NCBI GenBank assembly: GCA_002269645.1
Contig: NIVC01000132.1
Span: 62,001 to 126,000, forward strand
Direction: 5' to 3'
Source of the DNA: Macrostomum lignano
Lineage: Eukaryota
DNA length: 64,000 nucleotides
The position numbers and the translations under genes were made by a program. Below, in pieces: positions 34,117 to 57,000 of the stretch; within the stretch, counting starts at the first letter, position 1; every line of letters begins with the position of its first letter. Under the pieces are notes generated by a model. It ran no database searches, was not told the DNA's origin, and saw only the letters and a list, made by a program, of their open reading frames with translations.

Positions 34117-36980
34117 AACTAGCCATTTAGCCCCCCGCTGGGGGGCTTTAAAATGACACCAAGTGGTTTTTATTTTGGCTCAACAGTAACCATTAATTTC
34201 CATTTCCATAAATCAAAAATTACTTTTTCTCATTTTGAAGAAAATAAATTGTCATGAATTAAAACTTTCACCAGCAAAAAAAGTTTCCTTCATCAGCCCA
34301 AAACCCTTTTTCAATCAGCAAATAGTGCTAATCCTTTCAAGCACAAACTCTTAGAGCATATCGTCATTGGCCTGGGCATATTCTGGTCCGCAGCAGGAGC
34401 TCAATATACCAATCCCTGACGGCCTTTGACCCCTATTTATTAGCCTAACTCAAAGAATCAAACCTTTAGTAAATACGCTGGTATTTCCTATCAGCAGAAT
34501 TCAGCATCACTTGTGTGTACTATTTTATTACCTGAATTAAATGAGCTACCTGAGCCGTACTACTTGACGATCTGACAATCGCTCAACAACCTAACCCCCT
34601 TCCCCAACAATTCAGCCATCCCCATGAGCCTTGATATCTCAGAAATTCCCCCAGTAGGCCTTGACATCTCAGAAATTCCCTAAGAAAGCATCGAGATCGC
34701 AGCAATTAAACTCGAGCCTTGACATCTACGTAATCCCCCAGTAAGCCTTGACATCTCAGCAATTCCTCCAAGAAGCCTTGACATCTCAAGAATTTTCCCA
34801 GTAAGCCCTGACATCTGAGCGATTCCCAGGAGCCTTGAAATCTCAGAAATTACCCCAAAAAGCCATATGACATCTCAGCAATTCCTGAGATGTCTCCACA
34901 ACAACCTGAAATTATCCCTTCCAATCCCAAAAAACAGACTGCAGTCATACTCTAGCGGCCTAGAATTGTCCCCACAGCAAACAATAATTTGCTCAGCAGT
35001 CCACAGTAATCCACAGTTACCACCTCAGCAGTTTGCAGCTATACGCTCATAAGTCTGGAGCAAAGATCATATCATTGCTTCTGAATATGGTCTGGAGGAA
35101 CTCCGTCTGCAAATCTCACATTTTTACATCTATTATATGATCCTCCAGACGATATGATCTATATGTCTGGAGGAACTACCTTAGCAGTTTGCAGTTTGTC
35201 CCCTTTGCAGTCTGCAATGATCCTTTTGACAATCTGCAGTTCTTCTGTCGGCCGGCTCCTCAGTCTCCCATGCTTAGCAAACTGCAATGGTATTTTCAAC
35301 AATAAAAATTTGCTAAAAATTTATTACGGTTCACTAATCAATTTTCGATACATATCGGCAGTGTTTGCACAAATCAGCATTAAGCAATACTTTCATTCCT
35401 AAATAGCAAGCATCCCCCAAAAGAAAGCAATCTCAGCACTTTCACCTCATAAGCCTTTGAAACCTCAATTCAAGCAATTTTTCCAGTAAGCCATGGCATA
35501 TCAGCAATTCCCCATGGGCCTTGAACTCTCAGAAATTGCCCCAAAAAGCCATGACATCTCAGCAATTCCTGAGATATGCCCACAACAACCTGAAATTATC
35601 CCTTCTAATCCCACAAAACAGACTGCAGTCATTATCTTAGCAGCCTGGAGTTATCCCCTTGCAGTCTATAACTTTCATTAACATTAAGCATTTATCCCCT
35701 CAGCAGCCTAGAACTGTCCCGTCAGCAAACCACAATAATTCACTCAGCAGTCCACAGTAATTCCCTAAACAACCTGCACTTAATCACTTAAACTGCACAG
35801 TTTTGAAACTGATGTCTTGCTATCCTATCTTCTCTGAGAGTTGTCTTGCTCAGAATTCTACCAATCCTCCAAGCAGCCCCCTCAGCAGTTATCAGCTATG
35901 CGCTTATAAGTCTGGAGGAACTACCTCAGCAGTTTTCAGTTTGTCCCCTTTCAGCAGTTTTCAGTTTGTCCCCTTTCAGCAGTTTTCAGTTTGTCCCCTT
36001 TGCAGTCTGCATGAAATGACCATTTCGCCAATCTGCAGTTCCCCTCAGCAGTCTGCAGTTCTCCTCTCGGCCGGCTCCTCAGTATCCTCAGCAAACTGAA
36101 ATAAAGGATCCTTTCTCAGCATTTATTACGGTTCACTAATCAATTTTCGATACATATCGGCAGTTTTTTCACAATTCAGCCTTCATTTTAACAATAAATT
36201 TAGCAGCTTAGCAATTTGATACTTTCATGGAGCTAGGCAATAACCATTGATGCGATGAGTAATACGCGAAGCAGTTTTTTACAAATCAAATTTGCTTAGT
36301 AAATTAGCTAAAATGTTTCGTTAAGTGTGTGCCTAGCAAATTCAACAAAAAAATTCCTATTAGTTGAGCCTGAAGCTATATGTAAATGAATAATTTAATT
36401 TAATTTTAATCATCCGCCGAGGAGCCAGAATCGAACCTTGGACCTTACGCCTAGCCTAAACCTAGTCCTAGTGCCTACACTGCGGCTATTCCGCCAACTG
36501 ATCGGAGGGCGCAAAAATCAGCCATATATGCTTCGGCACTGCAGTCAAATACATAGCAGTGATAGGCTGCTCAGTGTGCACAGGTTGTGTGCAGGCAGAG
36601 CCAATGCACAATTGAGTGAAATCTATAAATAGCAATTGTCTATGCAGTCAGCCAGAGCAGAATGTACACACGCAGCCACTGAGCATTATTTTCCTCTCCC
36701 TTGCTGCATCCAGTACTGAGAGGCCTACTACACAATGAAGAGAGAAAAGTTGTGGCGCAATCTTAATTGGAATTGCTATTCAGTTAGTCAAGATTTTGAC
36801 CTTTTCTAGCCTCCCATTGAAAGAATTGGGAAAACTCGTTTTTCGAATATTTAATCATCTTCCCATTCGAATTTTTCAATGCAATTAGATCCACAAAATC
36901 TCACAAGAATTTACAATTGAATAAAGCAAGTTTGAAAAAAATCGGTTTGGGCATTCAGGCTGTAGACTGGAATACCGGTC

Positions 36981-37028
<48 letters not shown>

Positions 37029-37052
37029 CTTAGAGATTTAGTATATTGTGAC
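34117..37052 (+). mobile_element. Putative non-autonomous Helentron/HINE-like element with internal diverged duplications
   Basis: Starts AACTAG plus a hairpin AGCCCCCC-GCT-GGGGGGCT. Internal ~31-bp and ~750-bp duplications. (GACA)n at 36979-37027 then CTTAGAGATTTAGTATAT, an end also seen at 63563-63580. The 150-bp 5' end is repeated at 37056-37202. Confidence 0.5.
36416..36495 (-). pseudogene. tRNA-like remnant (tRNA-Phe-like pseudogene or SINE head)
   Basis: Minus strand GGCGGAATAGCCGCAGT...AAGGTCCAAGGTTCGATTCTGGCTCCTCGGC has a perfect B-box and resembles eukaryotic tRNA-Phe; the anticodon arm is degraded. Confidence 0.5.
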
Positions 37053-38196
37053 TATATAGCCATTTAGCCCCCCGCTGGGGGCTTTAAAATGACACCTAGT
37101 GGTTTTTATTTTGGCCCAACAGTAACCATTGATCTCCATTTCCATTAATCAAAAATTACTTTTTCTCATTTTGGCAAAAATAAATTGCCATGAATCAAAA
37201 CTAAATAAATAAATATGGTCTCCTGTGTTCCCAAGCCACCCACATGACACTGGTAGATTGCGTAGTAGGTAAGGACTGAAATAATGGCCAAACACGAGTG
37301 CGCGTGTAGCACTACTTATAATATAAGACACATAGAGGCCATTATTTCAGCATAGCGCAGTCTGTCGACCATTATTTCAGCGTGCCGGAAGCGGTAATTA
37401 TTCCACACTTTTTTATCACGCTTTAATTGGCTGTTTGAGAGTTATTTTACCCATAGACGACTGAGATGTGTGTCTTAGTTTGACCATAGACAACACTGTG
37501 ATGAGTGCTGATTTCGTTTGCGTCTTGCAAAAATCAGGAAAGCGGATAGTATGAGTGAAAGCTATTTGTCTTGTCAAACAACTATGGCTGGTGCATGTCG
37601 TCAAGCCCCCGCTTATTAATTGAAAAAATCTTCTTGTCAACGACTGAACGAACCATATATAGTGTGCGGCCTTTAGTGAAAATATAAAAAGAACGCATCG
37701 ATTTAATGCGGCTTCCCATTTTTAAACGAATACATGTACATGTATCATCATTTTCAGAAAACAATCTGAATTGATAGTTGATAGATAGGCGCGCATTTTG
37801 AACCCGCTAAATTCCAATTGAACTCGGAACTAATTTTGCATACATTCTAATAAAAAAATATTAATAACAATAATTGCAATTATAATAATTATAATAATCA
37901 AAACTCTCTTTAATCTGTTTAAATAATAATAACTGTTTTATATGTAATAGCTTTTTACTACAAATTGTCGCCAGATTGACTGTCGCTGTTTTGACTGACG
38001 TCGGATCGTCTGTCGCCGGATTGACTGGCCCTTAGTAAGGCGACGAACACCAAATCAACATGACATTCGACACACAGCTGATGTACCTGTACTGTAACTG
38101 TACTGGTACTTTGATTTGAGCGCCAATGCTATCTCGCTGATTGTAGTGTGACTATATTATTTTTTCTTTGAAAAGTCGATATTAGAACGGGCCAAG

Positions 38197-44035
<5,839 letters not shown>

Positions 44036-44649
44036 ATGAATGACCATAACAATTTGCAATCTGCTATATTGGTGGCATGGGTGTGCGAATCGGCAATTCT
44101 AGGAGTTCCAAGCATCTTCAAAGTAGAATAATTGCTCTGAAGAGGAGAGATTTAACAATGCAATTGTGCCTAGTAAAATTTAAACTTAAATTAATCCGCT
44201 GAGAATGCGCTCAAAATCATTCAAAGACGGTATCAATCTTGTTGTTCTCACAATCTCACCGTTGATAGAGATCCGCATCTTTTGCTTCGGAACTTCGGGT
44301 CAAACCAATCGTCAAAAACCTTTGATTGCCCATCGCTCCTTCTAGCGCGTTTACTGTAATGTTGATGTTTTGTTCTAGCAATAGACCAACATAATGTACT
44401 TAGGCTGAAATGGATATAAATTGAATAGAATTCAATAAGCAGAGATATAGCAGAAGAATAATTCAAGCTAAATAATTCAGTTCAGTTTGCCATAAAAGGA
44501 TACCAATTGCATACCCATTTGCGACTGATATTGCGCGTCTGTTTTTGTTATTTTGCTCATTTATAATTGGCACATTACTTGTATCGATAATTAATTGTGT
44601 TGCTTTGCACATTTGTGTATTTTAAAATTTGTTCTAACATACTCTAGCA

Positions 44650-44959
44650 CAGGGGTCGGCAAGCGTTTTTACCTCAGGGGCAAGATAAAGAATCTAGCTC
44701 GTAGATCATGGATCAGCCGGCCTGATGCGAGGGGGAAGGAGAGAGAAGAGGAGAGAGGTGAGAGCGAAGATAAGAAGAGAGAAAAAAGGAGGGCGATGAA
44801 AGACGAAACGAGAGATGAGAGAAAAGAGAATGGGAGAGAGCTGAGAAGAGACAAACAAGCCTCGAGCAGGCCGGATTGCTATTGTGAAGTTTCAAAGGAC
44901 CCGATAGCCGGATAGAGAGGCTTCGCGGCCCGCATGTGGCTGGAGTTTGCCGACCCCTG
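44650..44959. mobile_element. hAT (Charlie-like) MITE
   Basis: TIR CAGGGGTCGGCAA / TTGCCGACCCCTG; imperfect 8-bp TSD CTCTAGCA / GTTTAGCA. Confidence 0.82.
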
Positions 44960-45344
44960 GTTTAGCATGATGCTAAATAGTTTATTTTCTTATCCAAAAT
45001 TAAGTCATCCGTTGGTAATTGTTGTTTTTATATTTATGTTAATTCAATATGCTATGTTCTTTTTTCTACATATATTCCGTTAAAAAGTAACATTATTTTT
45101 ACCTTCAAGACTTATTCATACTTTGCTTGCTTCCGTATTGAAATGCGTACTTAGCGTCTGTTCAGTCATTCACTCACTCTCTGCTTGGTTTTCAAAGTGC
45201 TTTTCAGAACAGCGCGTTTTATTGCTTTTAAATTACATTTTATTTTCAAAATTTGTACGATCGTTCCATTGGGTTGTATCTGTGTCTTCTTTGTAGCATT
45301 TTGGCAGCATTTTGTGTGACTTACATATTATACTTCTCTCATTC

Positions 45345-45613
45345 TAGTGAGGTTCTAGGCAAACTTTTTACCTTAAGAGCCAGATACAGGCTACGGGCTA
45401 GATGTGAGTGGAGAGGATATGAAATAAAAAATGAGAGAAGAGAGAAGAGGATGCAAGAGATGGGATGAGATAAGAGAGCAGAGGGGAGAGAATAGAGCCG
45501 AGAAGAGACAAAACTGGAGCGGATGGTATTGCTATTGGGAAGTTTCCCGAGGCCGGATGGAGAGGCTTCGTGGGCCGCATGTGGCCCTCAGATCGGACTT
45601 GTCCGAGCCCTGT
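45345..45613. mobile_element. Diverged relative of the 44650 hAT MITE
   Basis: Shares the GA-rich body and GAGAGGCTTCG.GG.CCGCATGTGGC; ends TTGTCCGAGCCCTG. Confidence 0.55.
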
Positions 45614-46302
45614 TCTAGTCTTTTTGTGCGCGTTTTGTGCCCCAACCAGGCAGCTCTATTTTTTCAGGTTAACTCACTGACTGTAATTTGAACAAGCTAC
45701 ATTGTGACTTAGTGTATCCTTGACTTAATCTCTGGTTAATATTCTGGACGTGATGCAACTTCCGTAATAATGGTTGCCAATATTACATTCAGCACAACGA
45801 AGAAATCATTCTCTATTTTCAATACTATTTACTCGTTATTTATACCTGTTATAAAAGCTTTACTAAAATAAAACTATCGTTTAACTCGAACAGCAATTCT
45901 TCACAAAATTCGCAACAATTTCTCGTTTTATTTATAATACTCGTAGTAAAGCCAGTCATTATCCAACTTTCCATATACTAAAAATGGTCTTCTGTGTCTA
46001 TGTGATTATCGATTAGAGAAAAAATGGCTCAACTGATTTTCTTCGAACTTGCACTGTTCGATCAGAAATTTTTCTGTTACGGTACATGAATTTATAAGGT
46101 TGCTAATTATCTAACAATAACGTACAATTTTTACTACAATCAGAGCTATGCATTTAATTACGCTCGTCGTAGGTATACACGTCATGCTTCAAATAGAAAC
46201 TTAAAACGACATGCAGAAGGAAGATCGTTCTCTACCAATTCTCTGCCTCTAATATATGCAGTGGTCCTTGACTAAGATCTTGACATACCCCTAAGTCAGT
46301 CT

Positions 46303-46645
46303 TTTTATTAGAGGCAGGGGGTTGTGTGCACTCTGGCGCACTTTAAGCGACATAGGCACAACCGGCGAGAGGCATTACTGCCCATTCCGCCGACTCCCTG
46401 AGCAGGCATACAAGCGCGCGGATACGTACGCAGGCACACACTCACACAGGAGTGTACAGCGGCCCTAACTTTATATTATCGTTAGGCATGTACACTTCAC
46501 TGCGCCTTGGGGGGTTGGCTCAAGGCCTTTAATTGCACGAGCAGAGCCAAGCCGAGATTCTATAATTCAGCCCCAAATTAATGTGACTGCACTTGGAATC
46601 GAGCCTGGTTTGCTGGCACACCAGAGCAGCTGGGCTACGGCCCCC
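46303..46645 (-). mobile_element. tRNA-derived SINE, copy 2
   Basis: Reverse complement of 9767-10120; head GGGGCCGTAGCCCAGC, B-box-like GGCTCGATTCC; GTCAGT on both flanks. Confidence 0.75.
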
Positions 46646-46682
46646 GGTCAGTGTTCGAGTTTCTTCTCGCCTGAAGTTATAT

Positions 46683-49600
46683 CCCAGTAAAAAAGGGTAG
46701 TCGGAATCCGATCGGAATGTCCGGTCGGAATTTGTCAGCAAAGTGGCTCGTGCAATCCGGTCGTTTTCTAGTCGGAGTTTTCCGATCGGAATGTGACGCT
46801 AATATCCGACTAAATTACGATTAGGTTGTATTTTTCAGAATTTGCTTTTGCATCGGCTAGCTTGCGTAAAAAATAAACAAATCGGTTTTCAAAGTGCTTA
46901 GCAAAATAATACATTATTTAAAATATTATTCTGCTTGAAGAGTGAAGCACAATAATGATTGGCTATTTAATTTACTCAATGCATTGTATATTATGCAATT
47001 ATAAAGATTACAGTAAGCAATTTCTGCACAACACGTCAAGAGAGTAACTGTATTACACGTGGATGCAAGGAAACATCAAGAAAGAGCATAATAATAATGC
47101 AATATATGCAGAAAATGAGTGCCGAAAACAAATAATAAGATACAGAAAACAAATGCAGAATAATACAATAATATGATTGATGAACAACACATGAATGCAA
47201 AAAGCTAGCTAGCTAGATAAATGTTGTGAACCAAACGGCTGCATTATCAGTCAGCGAACTTACAGCCAGAGTCAGCAAATGGTTTGTCATCACAGGTGGC
47301 GGCAGAGGCGCTTCATTGTCGCAATTGCTTCCCCCACTGACACTCCACAAATGTTGGTCTGGAGCTCTTGCACTTTCAGACGCCATCGCAGAAGCTCTAA
47401 ATGGCCTTTGATGCAATCCAGAGAACTCGGAGGATATGGTCCTGCATTGAGTAATTTAGAGAGTTAATGGCATGATCAGCAGACCAGTTGGGCACCTTCA
47501 CTGTCATTAGAAAGATTTGGAAATAAAAAATAAGGAGAATAGTTGTCTTCAGGCAAGGCAAGAAAAAACTTAACATTTGCAATCTTTAAAACAGGTATAA
47601 AAGCAATTGGAATATACTATAAGAATAAAAACACAAAGAACACATACCCTTGAAGATCTCGCCAAAGTATGCTTGTACATATTCAAAGACAATTTGACCT
47701 TTGATCCTTGTTAGCTAGGCCTAGTCAGCTCTTCCAGGATCCTTTTCCCCAGTCTTGAACTGAACCTAGAGATCCCATCCATTATGTAGCAAACAGACTG
47801 TGGCACCTTTGCACTAATGCACCACATCTAGACCAGCAGTGTCTGAAATAGAAGTAGAAGCCATTGATAAGATAATAATACAAGCTATAGCATGCTTAGT
47901 AAAGCTAGAACTAGGGGCCTAGTCTTAGTCTAACAGTGCCCTATGATAACTAAGAGAAATAATATAAACAATAAAAAATTAATACTAGCATAATCAAAAT
48001 GTACAATCATATTTATTATTATAAATAATGTATTCTAAGGATATAATGTCCTGAGTATTTTTTATCTTATTGACCTGTTGTCTATTTGAACTTTCATTTG
48101 ACATTGAGATATATAGTACTTTATTTATCTAAATATACTAAATCTTAATATTTCTAAAGGCAAAATTAAAAGACCAAATTATTCTAAGTCTTAGCTAGGG
48201 TCTGGATTGTGTAATAGCGTATGCTATAACAAGAATCTTATCTTAGCTAAATGTATGCCAGTGTATGCCAAAAACAAAAAAATCCTTAAAATGTAAACTA
48301 AAAAAGCCTCCTAAAAAGGTCATTTGGTTTTCACAAGTTGAGTTTCCTAAGAAAGGTTTTTGTATGAAAAGTATTCTTTAAAATATTATAAATATTTTCA
48401 TTTTAGACAAACTTAATTGTACCTATAAAAATAATGATGCGACATTTACATTTTAATAATAATTTTACTACTCTAAATCATTTTAATTATAAAGAAGTAG
48501 AAAGTTTATTATTAATTTCTTGAGTATACAAATATTTCTTTATTTTACATAAAAGCATTAATTTACATTGAAATTTTCATGCTCAACATAAATTTATTCA
48601 CCAAGTCCAAAAGTTGTAGGCCAAAAATGGATGTGAATTTGTATACCAAAGTTTGTATGCCAACTTTAAAATGAGTCATTTGATATTTGCATATCCAAAT
48701 TTTCTGACATACATAACATTCCAGAGTCTTAGTTTAATTAGAGTTCTAGAGTTCTAAGCATAGAAATGTTTTATAAGCAAGTGTAAATAGCTATTGACAT
48801 GTGGCCTATATTATTTACTTACTAGGCCTAGTCTATAAATAATAAGTTAATAATTCTTCATTATAATACTAAAAAGAAAGTCTTATCTAAAAGCAAATTA
48901 TAATATACAATTGTAAACTATAGACATTATTCAATTACTTTGCTTAAATGCCTTAGCCTAAACAAATGTCTATTGATTGTTAGGTAGGTATTGAGTAAAC
49001 CTAATAAGACACACTTAAATGTCTAAAGTAAGTTTAACTAGGGCCTGGCCAAGGCCCTATATTTTTAGATTCAATGACTAAAAGCCTAAAACTAGGTAGT
49101 ATTAATTTCATATATAAGAAAAACAAGGTATAAGTTGTAGTTGTAGTTAAATGAAAATACTGCTTTAAAGACAATCTTGAGAAAAATGTGTAGCAAAATA
49201 GGCTAGGCCTAGGCCCTAGTAAAGTAGGAATTGCAATAGGAGTAGGCCTAGGAGTATTGCAATTAGCAATAATTAATAAGATAGTGGTTAGGCATTAAGT
49301 AGGTTTTTAATAACCATTTAGTAATATTTTTTGCCAGTGCCAGTGCTAGTGCCAGTGGAAAGACGCTATAAGCAAAAATATAACGAAAAGGTTATAAAGA
49401 GGGGAAGGTAAAAAATAAATCGCTTTTTAAATACTTTCGATATAAATTGGATGGCCAGCATTTTTTTTGTGGCATCAAAACAAAAACTGAATTATTGTAG
49501 TAATTTTTTGTATCATAAAGGTATATTCTGCACATTCTGGCAATACATAAAAGCAAGAAAACACGTTTAGTACAGCACATGCGTTATGAATATGGCTGTA

Positions 49601-49845
49601 TCGGAAAGTAGGAAGAAAAATGAGTACAAATTCCGATCGGAAGAACAAGAGATGGTTTCCGACTAATTTCCGATTGCGCAAATATAGCTCGAAAAACATT
49701 TTCTTGTATTACTTTATGCTTATTATCATAGTAACGTGTTATATAAAACAAAATATTGTGGTTTAAACCTTTTCCGGCAAATTCCGACTGCCGATTAAAT
49801 TCCGATCAGATTCCAATCGATTTCCGACTACCCTTTTTTACTGGG
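46683..49845. mobile_element. ~3.2-kb non-autonomous TIR element with CCCAG...CTGGG termini
   Basis: CCCAGTAAAAAAGGGTAGTCGGAA at 46683 and its reverse complement ending at 49845; subterminal TTCCGATCGGAA repeats at both ends; AT-rich interior. Confidence 0.7.
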
Positions 49846-50826
49846 TAGTACATGTACATGTATATTGTCTTCATCTCATACAAGCAAGGATAAATGTTAT
49901 CCTTGTCAAGTTTAACCACACCTGTATGTCATTACATTGAGCGATATCACGTGTCACTAAATACATGTACGTAATATACTGATTAATAGAATAAAAACTT
50001 CAGGCGCATTAATTATCTCATAACATCTTTCATACAAATGTGTAATGAAAGATTTAGGAACTGTACGTATACGTTCGTACACTTACAATGTACGTACACA
50101 CAGCATGTACATGTAAGTCTGACTCGAGTAAAAGGTCGATAGCTGATTTGCTGTTTCTTCCAAGGACTGCTTAAGTAAAGCCAGGAAACTTCGTTTTTTG
50201 AAAATATTTTCTATGCTGGCTCAAAATTAATCTGAGACAAAAATTAATCTGCAACCCAAAATAGCGATAGCTTTTCATGCTAGGCAGATCAAATGCAATT
50301 CAAGCCTTTTTCATGTCCCTGCCTTTTTCTTAACTTCAAATTGATTTTGCACGGCTTACAAAATGAATAAACAGCATAAAATGGAACCCATGGAATCATT
50401 AACCTTTTATAGTTTAAAAGGATAAGGGTGTCATACTTTTAGATGTCTGTTTTCAAAGGGCACTTCAAAAAACCAGGCAGTTAATTGTCTTTTAGTTAGG
50501 AGTTACGGCGAAGTATTCTGAGCTCGTAAATAACGAGGTTGATAGACAAAATGCTAGTGGGAAAAATTAACGTAGCACTGCGAAGACTGTTTTCTATTCT
50601 TCAAGCTCTGTTGCATAGCGATTTGGCAGTAGTTACCTTGGTTACTAGCCCACGATTGGACAACAAAATTATACAGTCGTTTTCCAAAAAGCCCGGGCTT
50701 TTAAATTCCAACGGTAGATCAACTATCAAGTTCAGTGCGTTTCAATTGCATTTCTCTTGTGAATTCAAAACACATTCTATTTTCGAATCACCCTTAACTC
50801 TAAACTAAACTTTGCTGTCATACAAA

Positions 50827-54042
<3,216 letters not shown>

Positions 54043-57000
54043 ACAGAGAGAGGCATCGCAGCATGTTCTATACAGTTAGTTATTGACAGAGACCCAGCTT
54101 TAAGTAATTTTTACTTCTTCCTCTCTTCAAATTTCTCCTAATGAATATTCTAAAAGCTTTGCTTACTAACCAAGCACTAACAGTCTGTCTATATGCTTAA
54201 TAAACCTGCTTAAAAAGCTACCAGGCGTTTTTTCTTCTATAAAATCTATCTAAAAAATTCCTCAGACACTATTCTAGATCTAGATCAACTAGGATTAAAG
54301 ATAGATTTAGTATCCATAATAAAATGGGATTAGCGCACCTAGAGGATTAAGAGTTGACCGAGCCACCCATCATCGAAGTTCGAAGCGCGCAGTTGGTAAT
54401 TTTGAATTTTGTGACAAATTCGTTTTTGTTTTATTTTTCTCTTATTTACTAATCTTTGTTAGTTCTGCCAAAATGCCAAACAAGATTTCTATATAGCCGC
54501 CAAATTTAACTTCTGTTTGAGCAATTTAATGACTTTCTAACTGCTGTCCGCTTGCTTTTTTTGTATTTATTTATTTATTTTAAAGCAAATTTTGCTCAGT
54601 CTTTCTTGACAATTCGGCGCTGAAAGTTGATTGATTAATTACTCGATTTGTTCTGCTGGCAGTACGGTAAAATATGCCTGCTAGGCTCTGGTGTCCTGTG
54701 TGTCAGTCTCACTTCTGTCCCTCTAATTTCTAATTGACTTACTTTTACACTTCTGCTAAACCGTGTGAAAAATTCTGTTCCAGCACAGCGTGCTATTCAT
54801 AAATTGCAAATGATTTTCACACGGAAATTAGCAGATTTTTATTTTATAAAGTTTACAGCAATAGCTAGTCAGTCTCTTTCTCCGGAGGGCTAGCAAGACT
54901 CTCCCAGGTTGGATTTTAGGGGCTGGCATCAGTTTGGTTTGGCTGTGCCTCCCATTCCTGCAGCATTTTCCAGCCGAAGTTGACCTTTTGCGCCAACATG
55001 CCACGCGCAGCAGCCTGTGTAAATGTCGAGAGTTCTGGTAAAGGGGAGAGGGCGGTAGCGAGGTAGAAATACTGCCAGGTTAACTTATAGGTTAGTTTAT
55101 TTCTATCAGAAAAAAATAGTCTTTTCCTATATAGTCGCAGATCCTATGGATAAAGATGAGAGAGGGAATATAGAGGAGAGAAGAGGAAAGACGTAAGATT
55201 AGAGATTAAAGTAGAAAAAAGAACTGAGAAGAGACTCAAACTTTGAGCAGGCCGTAGGATAAAGTTTAGCGTCACTATATAGAGCTATCCGCCTGTTCAA
55301 TAATCCCTACGCCAATTTGTCCTTGAGCCTGGCTTGCGGCTACAAAAATCTTTGCCGAGGGGGGTAGCTTAGGCTTTTTTCACATCCCCTTTTCTTCCTC
55401 CTCATGCATCAGTTTCCCCGTTGAATTCCTTCTCACTCATCATCCGGCTCTGCCTATAAGCATTTTATTATTCTTAGTTCTCAGTCTCTCTCTCTCTCTC
55501 TCAGTTTTCTATAGTTGCAAAATGAGCCTTTAATTTCTCCATTTCCTTTCAACTATAAGCCTTCTTTCCCAATCGCCATAGTCTCAGTCTGCCTACTTCC
55601 TCATCGCAAAAAAGTGGAGAGAGGCACCAACCTCCCCACCCACCCCTCGGGCTGTGCTGTCGCTTCAATGCCGCGCACACTATGAAATCGATGCGATCCC
55701 CCCTCTCTCGAGCAGCGGAGCCTCAGAGAAGGGAGAAGAGTGTGTGTGTGGCCTACATCGAGCCAGTTATATTTTTTGGCTTAAAGAAGACGGGTTGGCT
55801 TGCGGCTTTCAAAGAAAACCTGCGCGTTAGCCTTTTTCTTTTTCTATATACTACAGCTACTACTTTCTCTCTTTCCCGCTGCTCGGCTTTCATACTTACT
55901 GCCTTACTCCCTCGTGGGATTCTTTTTGTCCGTTGCAGGCTCGCCCTCTCCTCCACTCTCCTCCCCTTTTCATCAGCTGCTCCTCTGCTGCACTTCTCTC
56001 TTGCCCATTAAATCCGGCGGCGTGTACATTGCCGGCAGCGCTGCGCGGTTGTATAGGGGAAAAGAGGAGGAGGAGGAGACGGGGGGGTATCGGCAGAGAT
56101 GGGATGAGGTGGAAGGGCGAAGCTTGGAGGAATCGGCTTTTCGTTAAGCCCACGGCTACAGCCACCTAAGCCCGCATCTCTCGTTTTGGGGTCGGGGAGA
56201 AATGGCCGGGGAGTCCGATGCGTTGTCATGACGGCTCCCGAGGTTAAGGGATAGGTGGGTAGGCAGGCCCAGCGCCTGCAGTTGTCGTCCGCCCACTCGC
56301 ACACAAAGCCAGCCAGCCAGCCAGCCATGGGTCCGGTGTCGGATTGCCCGTAGGGACATTCAAAACCTCCCTTCTCTTCCTACTCCTCTTACATAGGCGA
56401 GCCGCGCGTCGCAGGAAACTCTCTTGCTTCCAGGCGCGCATCCATAGCTGTAGCGTTGTAAATTTTTTTTGCCTACACATCTACATGCAGTTTCTACGCA
56501 ATCGTGCGCGCAATAAAGGCAGCATAGGATTGAGGAGCGGTAGTGTGCATCTTAGCTAGCCAGTGTGTATCTTTTCTGTCCAGTGCCGGATCGGTAAATC
56601 TACGCATTTAAGAAATAATATCGCATTGCGGGCATTCTTATCTTTTAGCTCAGGCCTAGTTAGCTGGTTTCAGCATTCCCTATGTATTTGAGGAAGAAAC
56701 AAGTCGGAGAGTGCAATAATGGGACTTCTCAGGGGAGAGTTAATGAAAAAGTCATGCCACGGCCGCTTGGAGAGCTGGCGGCCTGCCCTGTGTATATTGG
56801 AACAGGCCTGAGTAATAGGAGCTATAGTCCGTTTGCATAGGGGTGGCTAGTGGGGTGGGCAAATGCTGGGGGCGTGTAAATATTTAATGCGAGCATTTTT
56901 GTTAGGCCATCCAAGCTCTTTCTGGTGAATTGGTTTAGCTATATACTAAGCTACTAAGCGAGATGAAACGAAAGATGCTTTTTAGAGCAGTCATCTATAA

